Origin: a virus
Length of the DNA: 64,000 nt
Virus record (IMG/VR): IMGVR_UViG_3300009702_000018
Span: 1-64,000 of that record
Strand: one strand, 5' to 3'
In this document: one piece after another, positions 48,663 to 59,398 of the stretch
How the letters are laid out: the number at the start of each line of letters is the position of its first letter
How positions within the stretch are numbered: the stretch's first letter is position 1
The notes under the pieces: generated by a model
Seen by the model: only the letters and a program-made list of their open reading frames with translations
Database searches by the model: none
Told to the model about the DNA's origin: nothing
Position numbers and translations under genes: made by a program

Positions 48663-49160
48663 TTATAAATTCGGTAACAATAATAATCCGTCTATCATAC
48701 TATGATGATTTAATCCTTCAATTGTAGAATCTTCGGGATCAAATGGGGTAATGGTTAATTTTGATACCCCATAATTACCCAACACAGGGATTCCCGTATA
48801 ATCCCCTAGTATTGTTGGAAAAGCTGAATTAAAATCATATAAATTATATGAATTCTCATTAAGCTCGTTCCACAAAATATACGATAAATCATCTCGTTGT
48901 GAATCAGTAATCGCAAAAACGTCAATTGCAATTGTAAACGTAGGCCATACCTTCGATCCCAATTCAACGTCTCTTCCAAATAATTGACCTACACCGACGG
49001 ATACAGTAGGCCAAATTATTGGATCTCTTAACTCTGATTCACTTGGATAACCATCTACAACACGATAATTACCTGACACCCATCCATTTGCTTCAATTAT
49101 TTCTTCTATCTTATAAATAATTGATAAATGGGCTAATCTTAATAGACTCATATTAGGCAT
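48663..49160 (-). CDS. Putative tail terminator or completion protein
   Basis: WPTVSV, ELG, IDVFA...QRDDL; synteny. Confidence 0.6.
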   Translation of the reverse strand: MPNMSLLRLAHLSIIYKIEEIIEANGWVSGNYRVVDGYPSESELRDPIIWPTVSVGVGQLFGRDVELGSKVWPTFTIAIDVFAITDSQRDDLSYILWNELNENSYNLYDFNSAFPTILGDYTGIPVLGNYGVSKLTITPFDPEDSTIEGLNHHSMIDGLLLLPNL

Positions 49161-49788
49161 TACTAAAATATCTCCTCAATTCTTGTCTAACATAAAATCT
49201 AAAATCTTTTGCCGCTTGATCACTTTTTAAATATCGTCTTGTATATAAAATAAAATGACGAGCAGAAACACCAGGATGTTTAATATAGAACATTTTCATA
49301 CTTCTAAAATCTTTCATCCAAGCACTTATAGCTTTTCTTTCTTTAATGGGATAAAATTTCCATCTATGATCTTCAACACTATAATATCTTCTATATAGTT
49401 GTGCCCTAACAAAAGATTTAAATCCTTGTTCTTGCCACTTTAAATGTGGAAGATCTCTCTTAATTTCAACTAAATCTCTAATAATATTAAGCTCAAATTT
49501 TCCTGGTCCTTTTTTAACTACCATATCTGAATAACCTGGTTTAGTTCCAAATAATCTATATGTTAAATGTTGATTCAAAGGCTTTCTATGTCTATCTTTT
49601 TCTTTTGAAGATCGAGTTGCAAAAAATCTATTTCTTAATATATTATAAGCATTTTGTCCAACTTTATATGTGGCTTTTGGTATAATATCTTTCTCAAGCG
49701 ATTCTTTATATATCTTTCTATAACCTCGTAAATTATTAAGATTATATGAAACAGATAATCCTCGTTTTTTCTTTATAACAAAACCCAT
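49153..49788 (-). CDS. Basic neck or tail-completion protein
   Basis: HPG...RHF motif; synteny. Confidence 0.5.
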   Translation of the reverse strand: MGFVIKKKRGLSVSYNLNNLRGYRKIYKESLEKDIIPKATYKVGQNAYNILRNRFFATRSSKEKDRHRKPLNQHLTYRLFGTKPGYSDMVVKKGPGKFELNIIRDLVEIKRDLPHLKWQEQGFKSFVRAQLYRRYYSVEDHRWKFYPIKERKAISAWMKDFRSMKMFYIKHPGVSARHFILYTRRYLKSDQAAKDFRFYVRQELRRYFSNA

Positions 49789-49790
49789 AA

Positions 49791-50003
49791 TTATTCCTGA
49801 AGAAAAGTTAACACCCTACATGTATTATTATAAAAAGTATTAATTTCATCTAATATTACACTTCTAATATTTTTTTTATTTTTGTTATCCATATCCAATA
49901 AATCTAAAGCATCTAAAATCTTTTTGATAGCAGTATTTTTATTAGTTTTTAAATATTCTGTAATATCAACATCCATCTTATTTTTAAAATTATCATAGAT
50001 CAC
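49791..50003 (-). CDS. Hypothetical protein
   Basis: GGAGG RBS; operon position. Confidence 0.55.
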   Translation of the reverse strand: MIYDNFKNKMDVDITEYLKTNKNTAIKKILDALDLLDMDNKNKKNIRSVILDEINTFYNNTCRVLTFLQE

Positions 50004-50467
50004 TTTATCTCCTCCAAAGTTGAAACTAAAACAACAAGATCATTTACCCCCGTTCTATATGTGTTTTTTATTTTATATTTTAATCCATCTACTTCTATTC
50101 TTATACTTTTATCTAAATATGTATATCCCGTTGCTGAATCACAATCAATTAAAATATCTGGCAACCAAAATGTTAACCTAGCATCTGATTGAGGAACAAA
50201 TCCAAATTTTTCTAAAGCATAATCTTGATATTTCATATTTCCTATAAATGTTTTTAATACTCCCTTGACAGGATAAGTACTTTCTATTTGATAAAAATAT
50301 TTACCTCCACAAGTGGAACAAGCAGGATTTGTTGCTTCATGAGATATTGGATCATATCCACAAGAACTACAAGTTACGGTTGATCCCCAAATAATTGATA
50401 CATCCCTACCCCAAGATCTAATACTATTCTTTACTTGAGCTTCATATCCATCAGCAATTTTGCTCAT
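50000..50467 (-). CDS. Putative head-closure protein
   Basis: CSSC...CSTCGG, IEVDGLKYKI; synteny. Confidence 0.55.
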   Translation of the reverse strand: MSKIADGYEAQVKNSIRSWGRDVSIIWGSTVTCSSCGYDPISHEATNPACSTCGGKYFYQIESTYPVKGVLKTFIGNMKYQDYALEKFGFVPQSDARLTFWLPDILIDCDSATGYTYLDKSIRIEVDGLKYKIKNTYRTGVNDLVVLVSTLEEIK

Positions 50468-50475
50468 AATAATCC

Positions 50476-51270
50476 TTATTCATAAATAACATAACTTGAA
50501 TTATAAGTATTATTTATTATCCCAGTAACAAAAGTATCAATAGCATAACCATCGTTAGTATTCATTTTTACACTATATAATAATTTGTTATATTCCTCAT
50601 ATAATCTTTTAAGATTGTTACTTCTCAGTCTTAAAATAGATCCTATGTCAACTTTAATATCTCCAACTTGAACATTGGCTCCATCAAATAAATAATCATT
50701 CATTGTGGATTCCAAAACCAAAATCAATGTTCTCATTTTAAATAAAGCCAAAGCAATTGTGGTTAAATCATGATTCCAAGTAACACTTGTTGGAGTAATT
50801 GTTAAAATATATCCCATATTAAATTCTGCTTGAACATCATCAACAGCATCTGACAAAAAATAATATAGATCTAAATTAGAAATTCTATAATTATTGGGAT
50901 TTGTATCGCCTATCATTCTTCTAATAGATTGAATAATATTGCTTGGTTGTGTCATCTGCCAAGGAATTCGCATCCCATAAAAATATTGGGGGACATCCAT
51001 TGTTACAAATTCCCCACCTACTATTCCTTGCCAATATGCTTGATAAATTCCTTCTTGTTGGGTGGATGCAGTTGATAATGTTACTTCATAATAATATACG
51101 CCTGTACTAAATTTAGTAGGAGTTCCACTATCATATAAAATACCACTTGGATCATATATATCTACATGAGGAGAAGTTGGATCTGTTAAAACTCCATCAT
51201 TATTTTTATAATTTGTATAAATTCTTTCTGGTTTCCCAAATAAAACTTTTTTTAAAGAATCATCGTTCAT
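50476..51270 (-). CDS. Putative head-tail adaptor with N-terminal Ig-like domain
   Basis: DP...YDPSG...STGVYYY; IRRMIGD. Confidence 0.55.
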   Translation of the reverse strand: MNDDSLKKVLFGKPERIYTNYKNNDGVLTDPTSPHVDIYDPSGILYDSGTPTKFSTGVYYYEVTLSTASTQQEGIYQAYWQGIVGGEFVTMDVPQYFYGMRIPWQMTQPSNIIQSIRRMIGDTNPNNYRISNLDLYYFLSDAVDDVQAEFNMGYILTITPTSVTWNHDLTTIALALFKMRTLILVLESTMNDYLFDGANVQVGDIKVDIGSILRLRSNNLKRLYEEYNKLLYSVKMNTNDGYAIDTFVTGIINNTYNSSYVIYE

Positions 51271-51332
51271 TTTTTAATCCAATCTGTTTTTCATAATAAT
51301 ATACGGTATTTAACCATATAATATATAAATTG

Positions 51333-54300
51333 TTATGACAATCGCTCCTTTTCTTTCTCTCTATTTGTCTTATAAATTTGAATTTTTGCCTTTTTCTCGT
51401 TAATTTCTATTTTGCTCTTATCTGGAAGTTGACAACTATCAATATGTGCTTTTTGATTATATGCGGTAATTGATGGTTCTTTTGTTATAATATATATTTT
51501 ACCTCCACCAATAGATTTCCAACTAATTCGTATGGTATGTCCTAATATTTCTCCTACTGTATTATAAGCTAATATAATAGAGCCAAAAGATTTTTGCTCA
51601 ATTCCATTAAAACTAATTGTTATATAAGAACTTAAAGATAAAGCACCATTAAAACTTATTAAAATCTTTGAATCTTTTTTAAATTGAGAAGTAAAAGTAT
51701 AAATAATTTGTTTATTAATAACACCAAATGAATTAAAAGTAAGCAATAATTTGTTTGATTGACTTAAAATACCTTCAAAAGTAATTGGAATTTCAGAAGT
51801 ATTAATTGTTTGACCAGTAAAACTATAAATATATTCAGATGAAATAGTATCAAGCCCATAAAAAGTATATTTTAATAATTTGTTATTAGAATAAGCAGAT
51901 TTAAATGAAATAAGATATTTAAAGGATAAAGTACTATAAGATTCAAATGTTATTTTTTCAATATCAGAGTTGACATCTTGAGCATTAAAAGAAAATTTAA
52001 TTAATTTATGTTTTTTTACGGCTAAAGAAGAAATTGATAATAAGATTCTATTGGAAGCGGATCCTTTGCCGTAAAAACTAAATTTAACTTTTTTAGAAGA
52101 AAAAGATTGAGATCTAAAGCTAATAATTTGTTTAATATAACCAATCGTTTTTGAATGGAAACTTAATAAAATTAATTTATCTTTATGTTGTACAGCAAAA
52201 AACGTATATTTAATTTGAGAACTATTTGTTGTTTCAGAAGTAAAAGATAAAACAATATCATCTTGTTTAATGCCATAACTATTAAAAGAATATTTAATAA
52301 TATGTTGAACATTATACGATGATAAAAATGTAATTTTTTCTTTTAATGATATAATATCATAAGAATGAAAACTAATTAATTCTTTATGGCTTGAACTTTT
52401 AGCCGCTGAAAAAGTCAAATCAATATTATTTGTTAAATATGATTGACCCCTAAAAGATAATAATAATTGATTAGATTTTTTAAATTGAGCTATAAATGAA
52501 ATTAATAATTTTTTATCTAAAGATTTAGCACCAGAGAATGTAATATTAATTCTATTATTATTTGTATTAAATGACCCAAAAGTTAATAATAATTTATTGT
52601 TATTGATACCAAAAGCATAAAAAGTATAAAATATGAAAGCATTGTTTGAATTTGAAGCCAAAAAAGTAATTTGTTCTTTTTTACTATCTGTGCTATATGA
52701 TCCATAAGAAATAATTTTTGTTGCATATAAACTTTTAGCTGCAGAAAAAGTTATATGTGCTGTCTTGGACAAATAAGAATAAGCACCGAAAGACAGTATA
52801 ATATTTTTGGGTAATTCATGTTGAGCTATAAACGAAAATAATATTTTTTTACTATGGGATTTTGCACCCGAAAATGTGATATTTATTTTATTAGAATTTA
52901 TACCAAATGATCCAAAGGTCAATAATAATTTATTATTATTAATCCCAAAAGAACCAAATGAATATAATATTATATGATCATTTGTATTTGAACCCGAAAA
53001 AGTAATTAATTCTTGTTTATGTTGTGTATCCTTTGCTCCATAAGTAATTATTTCTTGGGAAGAAGTATGCTCTGATGCAGAGAAAGTTAAATTTAATTTA
53101 TTACTTAAATAAGAATAAGCACCAAAAGACAACATAACATTGTTAGATAATTGACTTTGAGCTTCAAATGAAATTAATGATTTTTTATTAATAGATTTTT
53201 TGCCCGTAAATGAAAGCATAAGTTGATTTGAGCTTTCATAATAAGCCCCAAAAGAAAACAAAAATCTATTTGCTGAAATATAATAAGCACCAAATGTGCA
53301 TTTTATTTTTTGTGAATAAAAAGAATATCCACCATAGGTTAAATTAATTTTTGATGATAAATGTCTTGCTCCAGAAAAAGTAACTTTTTTTGTCGCCGAT
53401 GTTGAACTAACTCCATGAAAAGTAAGATCAAAATAACCTACGCCACCACTCTGATATACAAGTTTTAATTGTCCATATTCATTCCCATAAAAATCAAAAA
53501 GTATATGCTTGCTATTATAATAAGTGGGTATAATATTTGTTTTTGTGGAAAATACATTATCAAAAGCACCCTGAATAGTAGTTTTAGTAATAAATCCTCT
53601 ATATAATTCTACTGATTTATTTAATTTACCATCAATTTTGCTAAAATCTATAACTTGATAAAAAGCTGTAACCGTAGCAGTAGGACCTGCCCACACTATT
53701 TGAGCAGTATCTCGTGATATAGGTTTGGAATAAAAAGTAGCAAAATCAGGAAAATCTTCGGATCGTTGTGCAGAACTTTTAGCACCAATTATCATTAAAT
53801 ATGAATCAGAAGTTTCCACATCAATAGAAACAGACGTGGATAATGAATATCCTACAGATATTGGATTTCCAGATACTGTTACGCTATCTGTATATACATT
53901 CAATTTAGGATGATTTATAAAATGAAAAATAGCATTGTTAACCGATAGAAATAGATCCACAGTGCTTGTATAATAATAAACCTGATCTGACAATCCAGTA
54001 TCTAAATATCCTACCCATAAAGGAACATTGGACACATAACCATAATCTCGTCTACTATATTCTACAAAAGAATGTTCTCCTAAATATGGAAAAATTGTTG
54101 TGGATGTTGTAAAGTCAGAACCATCTGGAGTCAAAGATATATTATTTATAATTGTCCAATTTTTTCCAAATTCGACCAATGAATAATTATATTCTACTCT
54201 AAGAATGCCACTTGCTCTATTTAAATCAATATATGCATTTGTTCCTGTCCCAGAAATTTGAGCATTAGCAAGTAATGAAGGTGTTATTTGTGCTGTTCCA

Positions 54301-54728
54301 TAATATTGAAAAGAAAATCCTCTAAAAAATGGAACACATTGATTTTTATCATTTACCGCTACCGGATTAGAAGAACCAATGGTAATACCACTATCCAATA
54401 CAATAGTTGGGACATCTCTTACTATAAAAGCATCTTGAGAAGAGGTATCTCCTTCAATGCTAATAAGGTCAAATGCCGCTTCTACAGTAGAATCATAATA
54501 ATCTCTTGAAAGGGAAATATATTGATGTGTTACAAGAGATGCTTTAAATGCACCATGATTATAATCTTCATAATAACTGGTATCATTCAGAAGTTGTAAT
54601 TGATTTATTCTAATAAAAGCATATTTTACAGATTGAACGGAATCAAAATCATTAGGTGCTTGAAGTCCCAGAGAAACTACATTGTGATTAAGTGTTGCAT
54701 GAAGATGTTGAACTTTAATATAAGACAT
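51333..54728 (-). CDS. Virion fibre-like protein with about 45 14-aa repeats
   Basis: (S/T)F/Y periodicity of 14 aa with a 112-aa super-repeat. Confidence 0.75.
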   Translation of the reverse strand: MSYIKVQHLHATLNHNVVSLGLQAPNDFDSVQSVKYAFIRINQLQLLNDTSYYEDYNHGAFKASLVTHQYISLSRDYYDSTVEAAFDLISIEGDTSSQDAFIVRDVPTIVLDSGITIGSSNPVAVNDKNQCVPFFRGFSFQYYGTAQITPSLLANAQISGTGTNAYIDLNRASGILRVEYNYSLVEFGKNWTIINNISLTPDGSDFTTSTTIFPYLGEHSFVEYSRRDYGYVSNVPLWVGYLDTGLSDQVYYYTSTVDLFLSVNNAIFHFINHPKLNVYTDSVTVSGNPISVGYSLSTSVSIDVETSDSYLMIIGAKSSAQRSEDFPDFATFYSKPISRDTAQIVWAGPTATVTAFYQVIDFSKIDGKLNKSVELYRGFITKTTIQGAFDNVFSTKTNIIPTYYNSKHILFDFYGNEYGQLKLVYQSGGVGYFDLTFHGVSSTSATKKVTFSGARHLSSKINLTYGGYSFYSQKIKCTFGAYYISANRFLFSFGAYYESSNQLMLSFTGKKSINKKSLISFEAQSQLSNNVMLSFGAYSYLSNKLNLTFSASEHTSSQEIITYGAKDTQHKQELITFSGSNTNDHIILYSFGSFGINNNKLLLTFGSFGINSNKINITFSGAKSHSKKILFSFIAQHELPKNIILSFGAYSYLSKTAHITFSAAKSLYATKIISYGSYSTDSKKEQITFLASNSNNAFIFYTFYAFGINNNKLLLTFGSFNTNNNRINITFSGAKSLDKKLLISFIAQFKKSNQLLLSFRGQSYLTNNIDLTFSAAKSSSHKELISFHSYDIISLKEKITFLSSYNVQHIIKYSFNSYGIKQDDIVLSFTSETTNSSQIKYTFFAVQHKDKLILLSFHSKTIGYIKQIISFRSQSFSSKKVKFSFYGKGSASNRILLSISSLAVKKHKLIKFSFNAQDVNSDIEKITFESYSTLSFKYLISFKSAYSNNKLLKYTFYGLDTISSEYIYSFTGQTINTSEIPITFEGILSQSNKLLLTFNSFGVINKQIIYTFTSQFKKDSKILISFNGALSLSSYITISFNGIEQKSFGSIILAYNTVGEILGHTIRISWKSIGGGKIYIITKEPSITAYNQKAHIDSCQLPDKSKIEINEKKAKIQIYKTNREKEKERLS

Positions 54729-56503
54729 TATTCATAAACTTTTTCAACGGTTAAAAAATCCCAATACAATTGGGGATTATTGTCTCCTCCATCATATCCA
54801 TATCCAAACCATAAAATAGCGGGAGTACTTAATAATTCCAATTCAGGAGATATTAGTTCTTTATTTAAATAAAAAGTAATTTTATTGGAGACAATTTTAA
54901 AAGAAAGTTGTTGAAAATTTTTTATTGTAGGTTGCCAAGGACTTGAAACAGCAACTGATGACCAACCCGCTATTCCATTACAATAACCAACTTTTAAATC
55001 TTCATAAAGCAAGCCTATGGCATAATAACTGGAGTCTACCGTTTTTATACCAAAAGAAGCTCTTGGTTGTCCAAATGATTCATCCCACACACCTATATTT
55101 GCTTCGATATTATTAGTATAATTAGTGGGCAACGCCGTATAGGCATATGCTGTGGTTACCGTGCCAATTTGTTTTTGCATTTGTAAAGATTTATCACCTG
55201 AAAAAATTTTATTGGTATGTGTGCTTTCAGAATTAACGACTTGCCAATCATTATGTAAAATATTATATAATGGCCATACTGATGTATTTATAAAAGAAGG
55301 AACTTCATAACTTTCAAAATTTTCATAAATACCAAAAATTTTCTTTGGATTATAGACATAAGGAGTAGAAGTCATTTTTCCATAATATAAATAATGCATT
55401 CCTGCAGTATCATAGGCTCTGGCTGTGGGAATTGTGGTCGCTAATTCATAATATATTTTTGTTTCTTCTTCATTCCAAAAATCAGCTATGGTATTAGTTG
55501 GAACGTCAACCTCAGAATTTCCCCCTGAATATATACATACTACATCCTCACCACCGTCTTGCATTCTTCCATATTCTTTAATATCAGAATAATAATATAC
55601 ATCATATCCGGCATTGGATACAATTTCTATTTGATTATTTTCTATATTATGTTTACCATTAACCATTCCAATACCAAGAGAACTTCTTCGAGTAATATAT
55701 CTTAAATCCCAAGTGGATCCTCGATCATGTGAATACCATTCCACTAATTCTGCTCCCCACCAAGCACTATCTGTAAATCCATTTGCATAAGTAGTATCTT
55801 GTATTAATCCAAAAACATGAATAATATTATTTAAATCTATTTCGATTGTTCCGTAATGTCTTCCCTTCCAAGCTCTCACAGAGGAATCATATCCATTTGA
55901 TAAAAGAGCAGTAGAAATATTTCTGGTAATCCAACCATTTAATTGTGCTCCAGAAGAAGCGGCATCATGCCAAGCAACATAACATAAACATGGATTGTTA
56001 ACATTTTCTTGGAATTGGTGAAAAGTAAAATATGGTTTTTGCATTGTATATGTTCCATTATCTGTTGTAATACTTACTGTATCAACGGGAGATACTGCCA
56101 ATCCTTGAGTATTAGTCATATCGCTTATTCCATGATAAGTAGATAAATCTTTTCGGCTATATGCAGTTGCAACCAATGAACTTGCAGCAACAGTACTTGT
56201 TAATACCATAGGATAAGGATTTAATTTATGATATGGTTCTGCTTGCAAATGTCCATATATATCATACCACCTACTTCCAGATAAAGCTACATTAGATCCC
56301 GATTTTGCTTGTTGACTTCTTGCCGTATCTGATGGACTCCATAAATAATAAATAGCACAGGCTGAATTGGTATTTCCATAGGAATCATCTTGTGCCAATA
56401 CAAGATGTATAACATCATATTTGTCAATAACCACTCCTCCTGAATATATACTTTTATTAATACCAGAAACGCTTGCTATTGTTTCTTCACCTGTCCATTG
56501 CAT
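54728..56503 (-). CDS. BNR/Asp-box propeller protein with C-terminal lectin-like region
   Basis: Asp-box YSHDRGSTW; YLYYG...ENFE. Confidence 0.6.
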   Translation of the reverse strand: MQWTGEETIASVSGINKSIYSGGVVIDKYDVIHLVLAQDDSYGNTNSACAIYYLWSPSDTARSQQAKSGSNVALSGSRWYDIYGHLQAEPYHKLNPYPMVLTSTVAASSLVATAYSRKDLSTYHGISDMTNTQGLAVSPVDTVSITTDNGTYTMQKPYFTFHQFQENVNNPCLCYVAWHDAASSGAQLNGWITRNISTALLSNGYDSSVRAWKGRHYGTIEIDLNNIIHVFGLIQDTTYANGFTDSAWWGAELVEWYSHDRGSTWDLRYITRRSSLGIGMVNGKHNIENNQIEIVSNAGYDVYYYSDIKEYGRMQDGGEDVVCIYSGGNSEVDVPTNTIADFWNEEETKIYYELATTIPTARAYDTAGMHYLYYGKMTSTPYVYNPKKIFGIYENFESYEVPSFINTSVWPLYNILHNDWQVVNSESTHTNKIFSGDKSLQMQKQIGTVTTAYAYTALPTNYTNNIEANIGVWDESFGQPRASFGIKTVDSSYYAIGLLYEDLKVGYCNGIAGWSSVAVSSPWQPTIKNFQQLSFKIVSNKITFYLNKELISPELELLSTPAILWFGYGYDGGDNNPQLYWDFLTVEKVYE

Positions 56504-57882
56504 TATGTACTTCCTCCAGTTTGTGGTTCATCCCAATAGATATTCATACACCAGTTACTATTATTTCCAGTAATTCCTCTATAAGTTACATATAAACCAT
56601 TATCGCTATGTATTAATCTCGGATAAGTCCCATATAAAGGAATTGCAACAGTATCCACAAAACCCCCACTTAAATCATTGATATTTGCAGATTTAGATAA
56701 TTGCCCAGCACTATGATGTCCTTCTAATTCTAACCATAAATAACCTTCATGATCTACTTCTAAACTAGGATAAAAATGACTATCCCAATCTGCATGCCCA
56801 GTAATGCCATTAATACCAAGATTATATGCGGTCGACCAAGTATTTGTATTGTGATATAAAGTTCTTCCCCATGCATATCCATTCATTGCTCTCCAAACAA
56901 CATGAGTTTTTCCTTTGTAATATACCACATGATTACCCGATGAATGTTGAATTGCTTCATTAAAATGCCCGTTACTCGCAATCTTTTTTCTATGACCTGT
57001 GGGCATTATAATAAAAGAATTGGTTCCTTTTGGCATTTGATCATGACTATCATTTTGATACAATGGAATTCTAAAAGCATAAGTAGATGCTATATTAGGC
57101 CATTTAACCTCAGGTCCTAAAGTAATATTACAACTGGTATCTTTATGTGTCGCAAATTCAATAGTAGAAGGATTAAATTCCCATTTATATTTTGAAAAAG
57201 AAAAATGAGATATTTGATCAGCATCTGCAGAGGCAAACATAGCATATCCCGCAGAATTAGTATATTGATATGATACAATCACACCAGAATTATCCAACCC
57301 ATCTATTTTAACATGTTCAACTGGCTCTTTATAATACCAATCTTTTACATAAAAAGATATATCATGAAGATCTTGCGGATATTCATAATTAATAATCAAA
57401 TAACATTGAGTAACTCTGGTATAATTGCCAAGACCTATTCTATTCAACTTAAAACCAAATTGTAAACCATTGAGATCTGATTGAGTCCATGCATTGTAAG
57501 TTAGTGGATTTGCACTCCAAGTTTTGGTATATCCACTCCAAGAGCCGACAGATATATATCCTTGAGTATCAATATAGTCCGACCCATTAATATTTAACAT
57601 AGGATAGGCTGTACCCTTATCGGTACTTTGATTAATGTTGAAATGTATGGAAACACTATTTATTACAGTTATCTGAGAAAAATTTGGAACATCTGCGGTA
57701 TCATAATTATATAATTCATTTGATCTTTTAAGAAATGTAGCTGGACAATATATATATGAGGTATTTCCATCTGGTGTAGAAAAGGGATCGTCAATTGCTT
57801 GCCAATGAGATGTTGCTCCACTTAAAGATAAATCTGAATAATTTCCTGTGCTAACCGCTAATACGCTGGCATTTTTAATCAT
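56503..57882 (-). CDS. Virion-associated protein with BNR_4-like propeller start
   Basis: DSHFYPSLEVDHEGYLW...GHH, TYPRL; N-terminal NPLTYNAWTQSDLNGLQFG domain. Confidence 0.6.
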   Translation of the reverse strand: MIKNASVLAVSTGNYSDLSLSGATSHWQAIDDPFSTPDGNTSYIYCPATFLKRSNELYNYDTADVPNFSQITVINSVSIHFNINQSTDKGTAYPMLNINGSDYIDTQGYISVGSWSGYTKTWSANPLTYNAWTQSDLNGLQFGFKLNRIGLGNYTRVTQCYLIINYEYPQDLHDISFYVKDWYYKEPVEHVKIDGLDNSGVIVSYQYTNSAGYAMFASADADQISHFSFSKYKWEFNPSTIEFATHKDTSCNITLGPEVKWPNIASTYAFRIPLYQNDSHDQMPKGTNSFIIMPTGHRKKIASNGHFNEAIQHSSGNHVVYYKGKTHVVWRAMNGYAWGRTLYHNTNTWSTAYNLGINGITGHADWDSHFYPSLEVDHEGYLWLELEGHHSAGQLSKSANINDLSGGFVDTVAIPLYGTYPRLIHSDNGLYVTYRGITGNNSNWCMNIYWDEPQTGGST

Positions 57883-57913
57883 AATTTAGTCTCCATAATA
57901 AGGAGATATTTTT

Positions 57914-58291
57914 TTATTGATATATTTGGGGACATTGTTCTTCTCTCAATTCTCCTGTGATAGAATCGAGAGAAAAAAATGGGGAAGAAGCATAGCCAAA
58001 GAAATATTTTAAATTCTCTAATTTATGAGGATTTAAACTATAAAACCATCTTCTAAAGAAAACAAATTTTTTATCTCGGTCTATCACTAATTCATATTGT
58101 TTTTTATCAAATTTAGATTTAAAACTAACTTTGACAACTGTATCTTTATCATAATGATCGCAGTCTGTAATTTTTCCAGTATTATGATAAAATAATACAT
58201 TCCATCTTTTTTGTATATCAGCTTTCGTCATATGAATAATGGTATACCATTGCTTCTCCAGCATGATCTCCCACCGCAGCAGAAGAATCAA
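57914..58291 (-). CDS. Hypothetical protein (start uncertain)
   Basis: ORF in the late operon. Confidence 0.5.
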   Translation of the reverse strand: MILLLRWEIMLEKQWYTIIHMTKADIQKRWNVLFYHNTGKITDCDHYDKDTVVKVSFKSKFDKKQYELVIDRDKKFVFFRRWFYSLNPHKLENLKYFFGYASSPFFSLDSITGELREEQCPQIYQ

Positions 58292-58727
58292 CCCTCATTT
58301 GCATCACAAGATATTCACTTGTATCTCCAATAGAAGTCATTGTAGTATCACTCCACAACATGGTTTGAGACATATCTGGATAAGCTGTTGAATTGGTTGT
58401 TGCTAAAGAAGAAGTACTTAAAGAGGGTGTTGCAGCAACAGAAGTTGCCCCAACATACATAAAAATTCCCTGACTAGGAGGGAAAGGAGACCCCCAAAAT
58501 CTTATATTTGTAACATTGTTATTTGGGGCATTTATAACTTTTAAATAAAGCCACACTTCTATTGAAAAACCAAATCCCGAATCATGTGGTTTTCTAATAG
58601 GGAAAAATGAAGCATCTGCTTGAGCACTATCTATAGTCCCAAATTGAACAAAATTATCATAAAATGCATCACTTTCCCTTGCCAACGAAGTTCCAAGACC
58701 TCTTTTCAGTTGCAATGTGGCAGACAT
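58218..58727 (-). CDS. Putative minor structural beta-sandwich protein
   Basis: SIEVWLYL...NIRFWG...SEYLVMQM...YSYDE. Confidence 0.55.
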   Translation of the reverse strand: MSATLQLKRGLGTSLARESDAFYDNFVQFGTIDSAQADASFFPIRKPHDSGFGFSIEVWLYLKVINAPNNNVTNIRFWGSPFPPSQGIFMYVGATSVAATPSLSTSSLATTNSTAYPDMSQTMLWSDTTMTSIGDTSEYLVMQMRVDSSAAVGDHAGEAMVYHYSYDES

Positions 58728-59183
58728 TTATTCCTCATACATCTTCTTAATAACACTATTTTCAATATCACTAAATTGCTTTTCTATTTTACTATGAGGA
58801 TTAACAACATTTAATATTTGAGAATAAGAAAAATTATTTTTTTCATTTACCCACAAGAAATGTCTATAATCTCCTAATCGATAAGATAGTCCCGTATAAT
58901 TATCTTTTCTGTTCCCACCAGCTAAATCACTAACATGCTTATAAAAAATCCAAAATTTACCAAAATCTTCAGAAGAAAGAAATAATGAATTTTTACTCAA
59001 AGTAGGACTATTATATCTAACATTATTAACAATTAACTCCACATGAGTTATATACTTTTTTTCTTGATTTATATCTAGATTTTTTCTTAAATATTCTAAT
59101 ACTTTATCCCAAGGATTAACATTGGAATCAAAACTATTAGAAGAAATTCTTTGTCCATCTGACACAGAAACAATCCAATTCAT
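58728..59183 (-). CDS. Hypothetical protein
   Basis: WIVSVSDG...PW; RBS AAAGG. Confidence 0.55.
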   Translation of the reverse strand: MNWIVSVSDGQRISSNSFDSNVNPWDKVLEYLRKNLDINQEKKYITHVELIVNNVRYNSPTLSKNSLFLSSEDFGKFWIFYKHVSDLAGGNRKDNYTGLSYRLGDYRHFLWVNEKNNFSYSQILNVVNPHSKIEKQFSDIENSVIKKMYEE

Positions 59184-59196
59184 AATAAACCTTTCT

Positions 59197-59388
59197 TTAT
59201 TTTACTTTTTCTATTGTAATCTTTACTTTATTACCTTTAAATTTTTGCCAAATTTCAAATGGCAAATTTATTGTACCATAATCAATAGCAGATTCTGGTT
59301 TATCAATATTTTTCTTATTTATTTTGTTAAAATTAAATTCAATATTATTTGAATTTTTCCAAAATGTTACATTCCCATAAATTTCCAT
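59197..59388 (-). CDS. Hypothetical protein
   Basis: AAGGAG RBS. Confidence 0.55.
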   Translation of the reverse strand: MEIYGNVTFWKNSNNIEFNFNKINKKNIDKPESAIDYGTINLPFEIWQKFKGNKVKITIEKVK

Positions 59389-59398
59389 ATCTTACTCC

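Noticed and set aside
30731-57882. Diversity-generating retroelement acting on tail or fibre genes
   Set aside because: No reverse transcriptase and no adenine-specific TR/VR pair noticed
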